Shown: one piece after another, positions 13,509-27,212 of the stretch
How positions within the stretch are numbered: the stretch's first letter is position 1
How the letters are laid out: each line of letters starts with the position of its first letter
Assembly (NCBI GenBank): GCA_951406725.2
Contig: OX597826.1
Coordinates: 52,204,001-52,268,000 of the forward strand
Direction: 5' to 3'
Length of the DNA stretch: 64,000 nucleotides
Source: Octopus vulgaris
Taxonomy: Eukaryota
Made by a program: the position numbers and the translations under genes
The notes under the pieces: model-generated
What the model was told of the DNA's origin: nothing
The model's database searches: none
Seen by the model: the letters and a program-made list of their open reading frames with translations, nothing else

Positions 13509-16500
13509 CATCATATATACATGCGTGTATGTGTATGCATATATGTGTGAAATGTGATGATAGTTTTTTAAATCGTTAACTATATAATTTGATCTTAACT
13601 AAAACAATAATTTGCCCTTCAGCTAAGAAGAAAGTGTAGTTTAAATTGTTCGCAATTTAAAACTATGTGAATCCAAGTTTTTGTAGGAATGAAATTACAG
13701 ACTGTATCCCGGGATTAATGGTGATACTTTACAATTTCTGTAAGCACAAAATCCAGTAACCTGAGGTTACCGTAACGCGGGGAAGACTGTATTTGTTGGC
13801 GTAAAGAAAGAGAAAGGGAGAGAAAGAGGGCGAGAGAGAGAGAGAGAAAGAGAGGGAGAGAGAGAGAGAGCTGGGAGAGGCAGAGACGAAAAGTTATAAC
13901 AGGATGAATATGTATTTTCTGTTCTTGAAATTCCTTTAAGAAGGACCTGGTCTGTATGTATGCAACAAAATTCCACTTCTTGGAATTTAAACAACTATAA
14001 AGAACCAAATTAAAACTTTGAAGGAAAGGAAGTGAATATTTTCCTTCTGCTTATAAACAGAATTGCATAATATCAATTGATTTTTTTAAGGCAATGAAGT
14101 ATCTGGACAGCTTAGAATCTGCTCGTTAGTCGTATCCAAGATCCGCCATATGCATGCGCTCAAAGTGAATTTTATTTCATCCCGTCAGAGACCAGTGATA
14201 ACAGTAGTAAAAATAATTGCTTTCAATTTAAAGGAGAGCTAAAATAACTTTCAGTGCTGATAGTAGTCACATTGCGTGATACAAGACTTCATGTGTTCAA
14301 TCTCAACCAGAAGTCATGAACCTCAGTCATGCTAAGTACGACATATAGCAAAGAAAAGTGATTAAATTGCTCCAAGAGCTAGTTTTAAAACAATAGCAAT
14401 AATTGCAATATCAAAAATGAATTTATTGATAGACATTGAATATGAGCTTAACAGTGCGAAATATCTTACATAAAATATTAGAATATAAATAAAATTTATT
14501 AACGTGAAGTTTTAATCAATGTTTTGGAACAACTGAATATCAAACTTTTTTCATGTATATCTAAGTTACTTGGTAATTGATTCCGTAAAAATGTATGTGG
14601 ATACACACGCGCACGCGCACATAGTGAGAGAGATTGAGAGAGAGAGAGAGAGAGGGAGGGAGAGGGACTGATAATAAAAATATAAGAATGGGTTATCTGG
14701 AACCACTATAATTCTTTAATTAAGAGTTTTTATTGTGACGTAAGCGTGATACCGTCAGGTATGTAGTATTCACATAAGATTACGTAATACGCTACGGAAC
14801 TCTCAACTCTTCAGGCTTACCAAACATACAAACCAGCAGTGAAAAGCTGAAGATGCAACAGTTCATCAACAAGATTTTGACTCAGAATTGTCAACATTTG
14901 GCAAATGTAAAGTAGTGGGACTACACTCAGTTAATTACGAGAGCTAATAGCAGAAAGGTGTCATAAGCTATTGAATAGTTAAAACTATAGAATAGTTAAA
15001 AGGCATATCAATTCTAAAGATGACATTAAACTTAGCACCATCGCTCAGAAAAGCTGGTACTGGCAAAACAGGCTTATATACCAGCAGACAGCTGGCGCCA
15101 GGCATTGCATTTAACATATCATGTATATCAGAAGACAGTTGCCAATACTGTTCTAAGATAAAAAAACAAACATAATTTACTGTTAAACTGTTTAGTACAT
15201 CAAAGAAGTGACATGGCTAATCAATTCAAGTGTTACTGATTCATTATCTTAATTCCTCTAGATTAAACTGTTCCGATTAATCACTGCACAAATAATAGAT
15301 TGTTAGCTTTAATTAAGGGTTATCCAGCTAAGAAATCATGGGAAATAACTTAGAGAGAAATGGAAAAAATAGCGAAGATCTCTACGAAATTTCGGAGTGG
15401 TGGACGGGGAGAAAGACGGACTGAAGTGGAAAAGGTAAAGAAAATTTACTCAAAAATTTAATAACGATGCACTTCACTTATTCGAACAACTGGAATAATC
15501 ATCTTCGAAACTGACGCAAAATGCATTTAAGGATTGTGTGTCTGCTTATGTATTCATGTATCTATATTTATATAAATGTATGAATACGCTATAGATGCAT
15601 ATAAGAGGTTTATGTTAACATTCAAATATATTTATTAAGAAAATGTTGTTGATAATTTATGCATACTAATATCAAGATAGGATCGTGCGTAGCCAAGTAA
15701 GTAGCTAGGAGTGTCATAATGACTTGAGTTCAGTTCCTGGTCTTGGAAGCGAATTGTGCCCTTGAGAAAGGCACTTTATTTCCATTGCTTTACTCTGTTC
15801 AGCTGAAATGAATACCAGCCAGGGTGTTGGGGCAGCAATCATGCCCTACCCAGCAATCTCGGATATTTCACTGGCTTAAGTGTGAGGGAAACGGATGGTC
15901 GTCTATATCTATTCGTTACTATACCAGCACTTAAAAGAATTAGTGAAAGCACAGTACATGTTACCAAGCCATACTCGTTTGAGAGAGACGGCTGGCTGTA
16001 TTAGTTTCAAAACATCATTTAATCAAATATTTCAAAATTCTTCAGTAGATAATTAAATATCATGTAACTTTGCAATGATACCATAATCCTACTTTAAGTA
16101 GTTAATCGTCGATGTTTGGCGTTTCATTAGAACCAAGAATCTTGGATCATAAAGAGAAGAAGGATATCGACTGATATAAGCTTACACTATAGATTTCTAT
16201 AACCTTTTTTTAATTTCTTCTTACAAGGTTCGACTCAGACTGACGCCATCAATGACTTAATTATTGATTTAACTTTTTTCTTTTAAATCTTAGTTCAGAT
16301 TTGATTGAAAACCAATTACACTTAGTAAATGTATTTTCTTTTTCTTTCTTTTTATTTATTTGTTTATATAGTTTTCACAAGATCGTCCACTAAAACCAGA
16401 CATTTCATTTCGATGTTAATGGGTTTGTTTGGAATTGTTTTATATATGAACAAAAATTAAAAATTAGATGTTTTATGTTGCTTTTGATATTGTTATTTTT

Positions 16501-17799
16501 TTATACTGCTAGTAATACTGTATTGTTCAATCAAAAGCAAAAACAACCAAAAAAACAACAACAAAAGAAACAAAGTGTGCAAATAGAGACACAAAACTGT
16601 GGTTTCTACCAATCGAATGCTTGAACGTGACATACAAATACAAAATCACTAACGTAGCCAATTTCTAGACACTACATCTTACAGCTCTATATTTTACATA
16701 TTACGCAAGACTGAAAGGGCGACTAACTACTGGCAGGATTGTAGCTCAAATATTTAAAACCACCAACAGAATTGTCACATAACCACTTTCCCTTTGTGTT
16801 TTATCACTGGATTATCTCCTTTGATTAATGGGCAGCTCATCTGTTCTTAGGATATGAAACGAATACTTACAATATTGAAGAACTGTTTACATTGACGTTG
16901 GAAACTGTGAATACTCTTAGAAATAAATCTAAAGGTTATGTTATCCCATTCTTTTTGGTACACAAATATTCCCGAAGTGCTGATCAGATCTACAAACATA
17001 CATTACGCCTCTGTTCTTTCGTCTTTCCCGTGGTATTACATGAAGACCGAAAGCTTACGCAAAAGCTTTCTTCATCAAGTCTTTTTATTCCGCCAGTAAA
17101 GTATTACACGTTTGTGTACCACAGGAAACGAATCAAGGAATAACCAAATGGAAATTTGAAGTCCTAGTTCTATTATTTTTTCACTTTTTTTTTCTTACAG
17201 GCCCTAGTTACTGGACTGCAGTGATGCTGGGACTCTAAAATTTAAGGGTTTTAATTGTTCATGTCGCAGTCGAAACTTATTTTAGCTTAGTACCTTTCTT
17301 TACCGACATCTGTTTTTCGAACTGCTAACCCACGGTGAATGAAGGGCCTCAACATGAACACGGTTACCCAATGTGAATATAGACAAGCACAGACATATCT
17401 TTCTCTTTCTCTCATTATCTCTCCCTTTCTCTCTCTCCCTCTCACACACACATACACACTCATAAACCCATAGACACACACATACATGGCTGTGACAGTT
17501 TACATAGTCTGTTGTTGGTGATTAGCCCAAGAAGTCATGAAATGCTGTAGGAACAGTAACCCCATCAAAGATACACATCTCTAAATAGAAGTGATCAAGA
17601 TATCAACAGAGCTATAACTCCCTGACCTTTACTGTACTGTCGACACTACGCACACACGTCCCATTAACAGTAGAAGAATTGCTAATACCCCTTGAAAATG
17701 CTGCAATCAATAGTAGGTCATGCAAACTATCACAGCCATATGTGCGTGTGTGTGTGTGTGTGTGTAAGATATGTCTGTGTTTGTCTGTATTTACACTGG

Positions 17800-18240
17800 G
17801 TAACAGTTTTCATATGGTTCTTCATGTACTGAATTATCAGTTTTATAAACAGATATCGGTAAAAAGAAATGTTACTAGGCTAAAATTATCTACTAAAACC
17901 CTTTCAAAAAAGATTGAACACATGATCATACATTCAATGATGATGATAGCCGTTTACCAATTCGTTCCAAAGGTGACGCACAACTCAAGGAGATCGACGA
18001 TTTCAAGTATCTTGAATCTCATGCTGCTGACTGTAAGAAAGATTTCCTGACAGGCATGGAACAAGTCAGAACTTCTAATAAGTCTTTCACCGTCTGAAAG
18101 CAGATACCTTTAAGTCGACAAGGTAGGTCTTCTTTAGAGCAGGTCTTGAGAGAATTTTTTCTCTGTGGAGCCGAAACCTGGAATATGACAAAGAAGCTTT
18201 ATGATCGCTTAGATGGAGCGTTTACCAAGATTTTGCAGTT
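17800..18240 (+). mobile_element. Decayed RTE-like LINE fragment
   Basis: IDDFKYLES (FKYLGS motif) near 17993 and GAETWNMT (YGAETW motif) near 18167. Confidence 0.55.
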
Positions 18241-18334
18241 GGCTTTTGCGGGTATCAGCTGTTAAATAAATTATCGATGAATATAAACATTTGGAGGGCA
18301 GTGTGTTGCGTTCGTGATGACCACACAAATACTT

Positions 18335-18740
18335 ACCTTTTATCTTTTACTTGTTTCAGTCATTCGACTGCGGTCATGCTGGTTCAAAGCCATGAAGTCG
18401 AACAAGGTGACCCCACTACTTTAGTTTTAAGCTTGGTACCCATTCTTACCGAACCTAAGTTAAAGTGAGGCAAACAAACCAACACAGTTTATCAAGCTGT
18501 GGTAGGGAACAAGCAAAAGCACAATGATATACACACGCATACATACATGCGCGCATGCACACGCACACACACACACATATCTACACGTCGGGCTTCATTG
18601 CAGTTTCCGTCTATCAAATTTCATCCACAAGGCATCGATTAACCTGAGATCATAGTAATTACACTAACATTATGTGTTGCACAGTGGGATCGAACACAGA
18701 ACTACGCAAGGGAAAAGCAGACTTCTTAGTCACATGGCTT
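18335..18740 (-). mobile_element. Old SINE family B copy
   Basis: Diverged match to the family B tail and body. Confidence 0.65.
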
Positions 18741-20484
18741 CCTTCTGTAAAGTTCAAGTGGTAGGAGCTGATTTTTTTTCGATAAAAAACAGATATAATT
18801 TATTCCGTGGCTATTCAGTGTTTTGTTATGTGCGATGTCTGAGGCGATAAAAATCTTGTCGCCAGAACCATCATACATAGTAAGAAATTCCAAGTAACGA
18901 CGGAATGAATCAATAGCTATTTCTGAATTATAAAGAATAAAAAAAGATATTCACATTGTTGAGGGTTTCTAAATGTTGTGCTGTCTACATGATGTAGATT
19001 GCTGGCCTTTCCAGTCACCATACATAGCAACGAATTAGATTTAGCGTCCAGATCCAGCGTCAGGATGAATCAACCGAGCAAGGTCGACCTAGTACATTTT
19101 TACACAATCTCTGAAAGAAGTTGAAGCATACAGCGTAAAATAGAAATCAAAATTAATTTAGTAGCTTATGATTATCTATTTTATTTCTCTCCAGATTCAA
19201 CAATTTTTTCAGAATTCATTGCATACTGCCGTTTTAATCAATCAGTTTATTAAACTGTAATAAGAACATAATTGTGTTAAAACTAGCAGATAATCCTCAA
19301 AATTAATAAAGATTGAAGAAAACTTTTAAATCAAGAGAAAATGCTACAAAAAATGCTACAAATAAAATATTTCTTGGAAACAAATCAAAACTGACAATTA
19401 TGATAATAATTGGCGCATTTATAACATGTTCGATAATGGCAGTTTTTCTTTATTTAAAGTTTAATTTTCCTTGGTTACTATCGATGTTTTTAATTCCTTG
19501 CATGTTTTTTAATGCTTTATTTTTCTACTGATATGCGTCATTCTAGAAAGATATACACCGTAATGTTTTCAAGACTAAAGCAAAAACTATTTTCTTCACA
19601 TATCCTGGTTTGCTTGCAACCCTGAACATTCTGAAATGATCATGCCTGTGGCGTAATGCCTGCAAAACCTGGTGAGTCAAAGTAGATTGTTCAGTGTGCA
19701 GAACGAATAAATACGTTTTTATCTAAAGCTTTTGCTAATGATTTCTGCATCATTAAAATTCTTCTGTAGTATTTCCTCTGCCTGTCTTGTTTCATTCTTC
19801 AAAGCTTTTTATGCAGTCAGATTTCGCAGCAGCTTAACAAATTCACCACCTGTGCACTTTAGTGAGGCGATATCATTGTGGACATTGTTGATTCAGAAAT
19901 AAATAAATAAACTACAAGAAAAAAAAACTCAATCACATTCTTTACATTATCATTCTGTTCATTGGTGATGGATGAATCGCCAATCCAATATTTCTTAGTT
20001 TCTTTATCACAAAGTTAGGATTGATTTTATGGCTACATCAATATTTTTTTCCAATTCATTCTTGCCCAAATTTCCAAGTTTCAGTAGAGTGTCATAAATA
20101 ATTTATATAGACATTTACATTTTCTTCTTGTACCATGCATTTTTGAATAATAGCGTCGCTAGTTTAAGGTTTCTGTGGGCCAGTCACTGGTTCACTGCAT
20201 ATCTGGTGGCGAAAACGACAAGGCGGGTTGTGTGCAAAACCAGTGGCATAAACAGCATCATTACTTTCTGGAATGCATTGATTTGGCGGTAATTTCTGCT
20301 GATGGGTATTTCTTTCATCGATAACCCCATCACACCGCCCACGCGCGCGCATGCACACACATGTACGTGCATATATGCATATATACGACTCATAAATTTA
20401 TTTATATACATATACATTTATATAACACATATACACATATACACGTATATTATATATATATGTACATATATATATATATACATA

Positions 20485-20557
<73 letters not shown>

Positions 20558-20789
20558 TAATAATTCAGGCGAAATACGTAGCAGGCTATCTGTACAGAAA
20601 GATACACCAGGCTAGCAAATATGTCCTGTTGTAGATCTGGGAATCCAGATAATCCAGGTAATCCGAACTTAAGTTGTCACCAGTCCAATTTGTAAATTCG
20701 AGGAATAGTCACAAAGTAAAAATTTGTATGTTGGTACAGAGTAATATATAAAGAAAACAAAATGCACACAGATAATGGTTTTTTATTAC

Positions 20790-21210
20790 ATTTATTCCAA
20801 ATAGCTTGTATATGTTTATAATAAATTTGGAGACGTCTAGTTCCCTTGTGTAATAATCATATTTGTCAATCGATCCAGAGTCGATCGATTGAAAAAATAA
20901 GAATATAGATCTGAATATTCTTCCGTGCTACCACATACTGGTTGTTAAGATAAGGAATCCGACCAATGAATATTAGTTAAAAACTAGGTCAAATACATGG
21001 TTTTAACAGATGACCCGGTTTTCAATAATACCCTTTAATAAGATTCTTTATTTTGGCAGCCAGTATGTGATATCTGAAAAAGATAAAGGAGCTGATCTGT
21101 TCTATATTTTTTCTAACGATCGACTATAGATCGATTGATAGATGATTATTACACAAAGGGACTAGCCTATCCAAATTTTGACGGAAGCATGTAAGCTCAC
21201 TGGAAAATAT
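20790..21210. repeat. ~420-bp imperfect fold-back centred near 20998
   Basis: Nested complementary blocks, e.g. ttgtgtaataatcat/atgattattacacaa and cacatactggttg/cagccagtatgtg. Confidence 0.8.
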
Positions 21211-21246
21211 GTGCATTATCTGGACTTTTTATATATGTACGTAAGT

Positions 21247-21305
<59 letters not shown>

Positions 21306-21630
21306 TTAAAGGAGTAGCAGTAGAAGTAGTACAGGTGCCAATCGATTACGGCCGTTACTCATATTAACTCATATTTTATTCACCTGTCTCGGAATCTGCC
21401 CATCGTAAATTTTATGGACCGTTTATTTAATATAATGTACGTCTGAATAGTTTAAGAGCGGATTTCTTCACTCAGCTGGGTTTAATTGTCTACATACACT
21501 GCAAGAATATCATTCAGCCGGTACATATGTATCAGGTTTGATATTTACATAGTATTGTTGCAGTGTGTATATTATTCCGATCTAACGAGGTGCCTCAATT
21601 TAAGTATCTAATTCAACTGAATCTTACATG

Positions 21631-21683
<53 letters not shown>

Positions 21684-21684
<1 letters not shown>

Positions 21685-22255
21685 TTCATTTACTCTTTTA
21701 CCTGTTTCAGTCATTTGGCCGTGGCCATGCTGGAGCAGCGCCTTTAGTCAAGAAAATCGACACCCAGTGCTTATTCTTTGTAAGCCTAGTATTTATTCTA
21801 TCGGTCACTTTGGCCGAACCGCTAAGTTTCGGGGACGTAAACACACCAGCATCGGTTGTCAAGCGATGTTGGGGGGACAAACACAGACACACAAACATAT
21901 ACACACACACATACATATATATATATAGACATATATACGACGGGCTTCTTTCAGTTTCCGTCTACAAAATCCACTCACTATCGGTCACTTTGGCCGAACC
22001 GCTAAGTTTCGGGGACGTAAACACACCAGCATCGGTTGTCAAGCGATGTTGGGGGGACAAACACAGACACACAAACATATATACACACACATACATATAT
22101 ATATATATAGACATATATACGACGGGCTTCATTCAGTTACCGTCTACCAAATCCACTCACAAGGTTTTGATTAGCCCGGGGCTATAGCAGAAGACACTTG
22201 CCCAAGGTGCCATGTGGTTCGTAAGCAAGCTACTTACCACACAGCCACTCCTATG

Positions 22256-22258
<3 letters not shown>
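21684..22258 (-). mobile_element. SINE family B with ~180-bp internal tandem duplication
   Basis: Segment ctatcggtcactttggccgaacc...atccactca occurs at ~21798 and ~21978. Confidence 0.88.
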
Positions 22259-22313
<55 letters not shown>

Positions 22314-22343
22314 AAGAGACGGAGGGAGTAGGGGCAGACAGAC

Positions 22344-22381
<38 letters not shown>

Positions 22382-22859
22382 GTAGATAGATAGACAGATA
22401 GATAGATAGATAAATGAGAGACAAGCGAAAATGATTTACGTAATCACTTTCATGGGCTTACAACTGTTTCTACTATAAGAAGCATTGCGCTCGGAGCTGA
22501 GTGTTCCTGCGACAAGCAGTTACAAAGGGTAATGAAAGTGATTACGCGACGCTTGTTCTTTTGTATTTCATTAATTGATATTATACTCTGTACTAGATTA
22601 TTGGTTTACTTTAAAGCTGAATTCTAACCATTGGTTTTTATTATCCCTTTTGTATGCCTTAGCGAAATCGTTATGTGTGTGTGTGTGTGATGGGTCTCTG
22701 CATAGTTTGTTTTCTTGATCTCACTCAGACGGTATTTGTTAGCTTGAGACTATGATATAGATCGTACTATAATAACGTAACATGCAATGAAATAGAACCC
22801 GAAATCATGCAGTGACGAAGCGGACTTGACGGCCACAGATCGATGCTTTTTTTTTAATA

Positions 22860-23000
22860 TAAGGTTGTCTCAAAAGTTCGTAGAAAGTCTTGGAAAATAA
22901 TGGTCTTTATTTTGAGGAATAATTTTTGTTGTTTTTGTTAGTACTTGGCGAGTAAAAATTCAATTTTCGCAAGTGTTTACGAACTTTTGGGACAACCTTA
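22860..23000. mobile_element. Tc1/mariner-type MITE
   Basis: TIRs taaggttgtctcaaaagttcgta / tacgaacttttgggacaacctta, flanked by TA. Confidence 0.7.
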
Positions 23001-23337
23001 TATTTAAAAAAAACATCGATTTGTGGCCGTCAAGTCCGCTTCGTCACTGCATGGTTTCGGGTTCTAGTTTACATGTCACAAACAGTAGTAGTAGGGTAAA
23101 TATCATTTGGGGTATAACAATTTGTTCCTGTATAATAAAGTTCAGTAGTTTTGATTGTAAATAGCATGAAGCCACGAAACCTTTTCAATACAGTTTTTAC
23201 CTAGGTCCAATCCAGTTAACGCCCCACCAATGCACTGAGCTATCTCTTCAAGTTAAACAAAAGTCATTTACTTTTAGGTCTCCATGTATTCACCATCTAA
23301 TAATAGTGAGATATTTTCTTTTTTATTATACATACTA

Positions 23338-23484
23338 TAGGTGCTGGTGTGACTGTACGATAAGAAGCTTGCTACCCAGTCACATGGTTCTGGGTTTATT
23401 CCCGCTGCATGGTACCTTCTACCATTTCTTTGGGCCAACCAAAGCTTTGTGAGTAGATCTGGTAGACGGAAACTGAAAGAAGCC

Positions 23485-23519
<35 letters not shown>

Positions 23520-23765
23520 GTGTGCGTGGGCGTGGGCGTGCGTGCCTGGGCGTGGGCGTGTGTATGCGTCCTCTGCCGTCGCTTGACAAGCGGTGTCTTG
23601 CTTACCTACCCGTAACTTAGCGGTTCGGCAAAAGAGACCGATAGAATAAGTACCAGGCGTTAAAAAAGATAAGTACTGGGATCAATTCGACCGACTAAAA
23701 TGCTTTAAGGCGTTGCCCCAGCATGGCCACAGTCTAATGACTGAAACCAGTAAAAGATAAAAGAT
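23338..23765 (+). mobile_element. SINE family B (diverged)
   Basis: Head, body and tail match family B. Confidence 0.8.
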
Positions 23766-25744
23766 ACTATATTTAGATTTTAAGCGTTGTTCTTCTCTGT
23801 AAATTGTTAAGAAGCTTATTCTATCAATGATAACTAAGATGAAGAAACTAAAATGGAAAAATAAAAGACAAAATTTCCATTGTTCGTAAATTGAATACGA
23901 CTTTTGTCACTGAATTTTGTCTTCAGTTTCCCATGTGTCTTCAGTGTTCAGAGTCTTAAAAAAATTCATGATCAATTGTTATGGTGCCTAACATTCACTA
24001 ATTCTATAAATCACCCCAACTGACGTGTTTAGACAAACTCTGCTTGTAATTTATGAGAGGCATCAGATAATAAGATCAATGCATGTGTGGAAGTCTTTCA
24101 TCTTTAGTCTCATGTTCAATAATTGCGTTCGACTATTGATGGACTCCCCAACCAGTTTCTCAAATTGTCACTTCGCAAGACCAAATTGTAAGTTATCCAA
24201 CTGAATTTCTTAACAGTTTCTAAGCATCAGAAACCCTCCACACAATCAAATGCATAAGTTTGAATCATGAATTATGTTACTTCATAAACTAGATCCTCAA
24301 TAACTTTACAAATGACAAAAAAACTTATCATCAATAACGTTCTGGAGTTACAATCATGCCAGGGAAATTCGCTGATGGCAGCTCTTACATTTCCAAAATA
24401 TTACTGAATCCAAATGGTTTGTCATTTGGGTTTCATTTGGTTTCCTGTTAAGATACAGTTCTACCGTTACGATAGAAATAAATTTCTAGGACAATCAACG
24501 AAAGTTATTAGATTGAACCGAAAAGATCCTCTCTTTACGCAATTTAAGATTTACGTTGATACTTCAACACTTGGGAATCCTGCTCTCTTCATCGAAGTAC
24601 CACACGGCAAAAACCGACAATATTATCTATCTTCAGACTAGCAGGCGGAACAAAATGCTAAGTGGCATTTCGCCCAACCTTGCATTCTGAATTCATGTTT
24701 GGCTGAGGTCGGCTTTGCATTTCATCCTTTTGGGGTCGATAGATTAAGTGCCAGTTGAGCAACCGGGTGGTTGTAAGCGATTTACTCCACCTTCCCGAAG
24801 TAAGCCAGAATTTGAAACCATTATTTACCGTCAAAATTTGGAATGAACAATAAAACACTACTTCAATGACAATGTATTAAGACCTTAATTCTTTATTCAC
24901 TCTGTAATGCATGCCGTAATCTTCATATTAGTGCGTAGCGTTTTTTTTTTTATATAGAATTACCGGGTACCTCGTCCAATAAGGAGAAAACCGATCGACC
25001 TTTATGGTTGTTCTTCCGCCTAAGTTGCATAGACATTCCCTTGTCACTGTTCCTATCGTCAATGCCGTGAACCCATGATTGGCCCGTTATAAACTTGAAA
25101 TCAATAACACCATTGTTCATAAAATGACATAGAAAAACAACCAATCAATAAATAAATATACTTAGGTAATTTATCGAAAAAGACACGTTTTATCGAACTA
25201 AACATTGCGATATCTGCAAAGAGCACACAATTATTGATTAGAACGTTTACTACTAACAAGAAAAACAGGAAGAAAAACACAACGAACAAGTGTGTTTCTT
25301 TTTAATGCACGAAAATGCTTTAATTTTCTCCATTAATAAAAAAATACAGAAATACTAATTATATTATTTTGTTGTATCTATTTTTTGCTTTTCGTTTCAC
25401 AAATACATTTAAACAGAATTAATCAAACACAATATGCAGAGTTACATCTTCCATTGCTCACATTCGCTTTCTCTCCCTCTCCCTCTCGCTCCCACTCCTT
25501 TACTTATTGATTGTATGTGTAATTGTTTGTGTTATGTTTTTTATTACACTAACTCGAGAGAACATGATTTAAAGCGACCAACCCAAAATCAATGGTTTTC
25601 TTAATTTCGTTTTGTAAAATTTACTTTAATTATAATAAAAGAATACGTCTTTTGTCAATGTTTACTTTAAAATGTTTGCGGTCTTTTAGAAACAGCAATT
25701 CCAATGACCAACGTCATTATCTAAAGAAAGTAAATATAAGTAAG

Positions 25745-25745
25745 A

Positions 25746-25776
<31 letters not shown>

Positions 25777-25782
25777 AATAAC

Positions 25783-25830
<48 letters not shown>

Positions 25831-25837
25831 AATAATG

Positions 25838-25868
<31 letters not shown>

Positions 25869-25885
25869 TAATAATAATAATAATG

Positions 25886-25925
<40 letters not shown>
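25745..25925. repeat. (AAAT)n then (AAT)n microsatellite
   Basis: Direct. Confidence 0.95.
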
Positions 25926-25926
<1 letters not shown>

Positions 25927-26109
25927 GTTGTGATGCATGTGCCTAGTGTACCCTTATCAGACGGGTAGTCATGATGGGTATACAGGGCTTCGTATATTTT
26001 ATCCCACTGTCACTTTGATAGCATGCACTGCTCCCTCACTCAATAATAATAATAATAATGATAATAATAATAATATTGATGATGATGATGATGATAATAA
26101 TAATAATAA

Positions 26110-26762
26110 TGGTTTCAAATTTGTGGGGGAGAGGATAAGTTGATTACATCAACACAAGTTCGCAACTGGTACTTAATTTATCGACGCTGAAAGGATGAAA
26201 GGCAAAGTGGACCTCGGCGGAATTTGAACTTAGAACGTAAAGACGGACGAAATACTGCTAAGCATTTAGCCCGGCTTTCAAACGATTCTCTCAGATTGTC
26301 ACTTTTGAAACGTAATAATTATTCGTTCTACTATAGGAACAAGTCCTAAAATTTTGTGGAAGGAGGCTAGTCGATTGTATCGACCCCAGTGTTCAACTGG
26401 TACTTATTTTATCGACCTTGAAGGGATGAAAAGCAAAGGTATCTTGGCGGAATTTGAACTCAGAACGTAAAGACGGACGAAATGCCGCTAAGCATTTTTT
26501 CTGCTGTGCCAAAGAATTTGACATCTCGCCGCCTTAAAAACAATGATATTATTATTATTATTAATAATAATAATCCTTTCTACTATGGGTACACGGCCTG
26601 GATTTTGTGGGGAGGGGGACAGTCGATCACATTAACTCCAGTATTTAACTGGTACTTATTTCATCCACCTCCAAGAGATGGAAGATAGAGTTGATCTCGG
26701 CAGAATTTGAACTTAGAACATAGCGAGGGGCGAAATACCGACGATTCCACCAGCTCGCCGCC

Positions 26763-26797
<35 letters not shown>

Positions 26798-27212
26798 TCT
26801 TATTCCTTTATTGTCCACAAGGGGCTAAACATAGAGGGAACAAACAAGGACAAAGGAATTAAGTCGATTACATCGACCCCAGTGCGTAATTGGTATTTAT
26901 TTAATCGACCCCGAAAGGATGAAAGGCAAAGTCGACCTCGGTGCAATTTGAACTCAGAACGTAGCGGCAGACGAAATACCTATTTCTTTACTACCCACAA
27001 GGGACTAAACACAGAGAAGACAAACAAGGACAGACAAACGGATTAAGTCGATTACATCGACCCCAGTGCGTAACTGGTACTTAATTTATCGACCCCGAAA
27101 GGATGAAAGGCAAAGTCGACCTCGGCGGAATTTGAACTGAGATCGTAACGGCAGACGAAATACCGCTAAGCATTTCGCCCGGCATACTAACGATTCTGCC
27201 TGCTCGCCGTCT
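26110..27212 (-). mobile_element. Cluster of co-oriented family A-related SINEs, ending in a tandem dimer (26800-27212)
   Basis: Core ctggtacttaatttatcgaccccgaaaggatgaaaggcaaagtcgacctcggcggaatttgaactc repeated five times. Several copies separated by (AAT)n. Confidence 0.85.

Noticed and set aside
16871-16989. Possible minus-strand exon (tttgtag...gtaagt) with one open frame
   Set aside because: Peptide unrecognisable and no partner exons. Cannot be supported without RNA-seq.
21340-21630. (TA)n-flanked segment with a hairpin and ctaacga-ggtgc..gtatc resembling an HHR
   Set aside because: Core is mutated and there is no GAAA box or stem III.
24950-25144. CCAAT boxes and a GCGGAAG motif suggesting a promoter
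   Set aside because: Short motifs are expected by chance and no downstream gene was identified.
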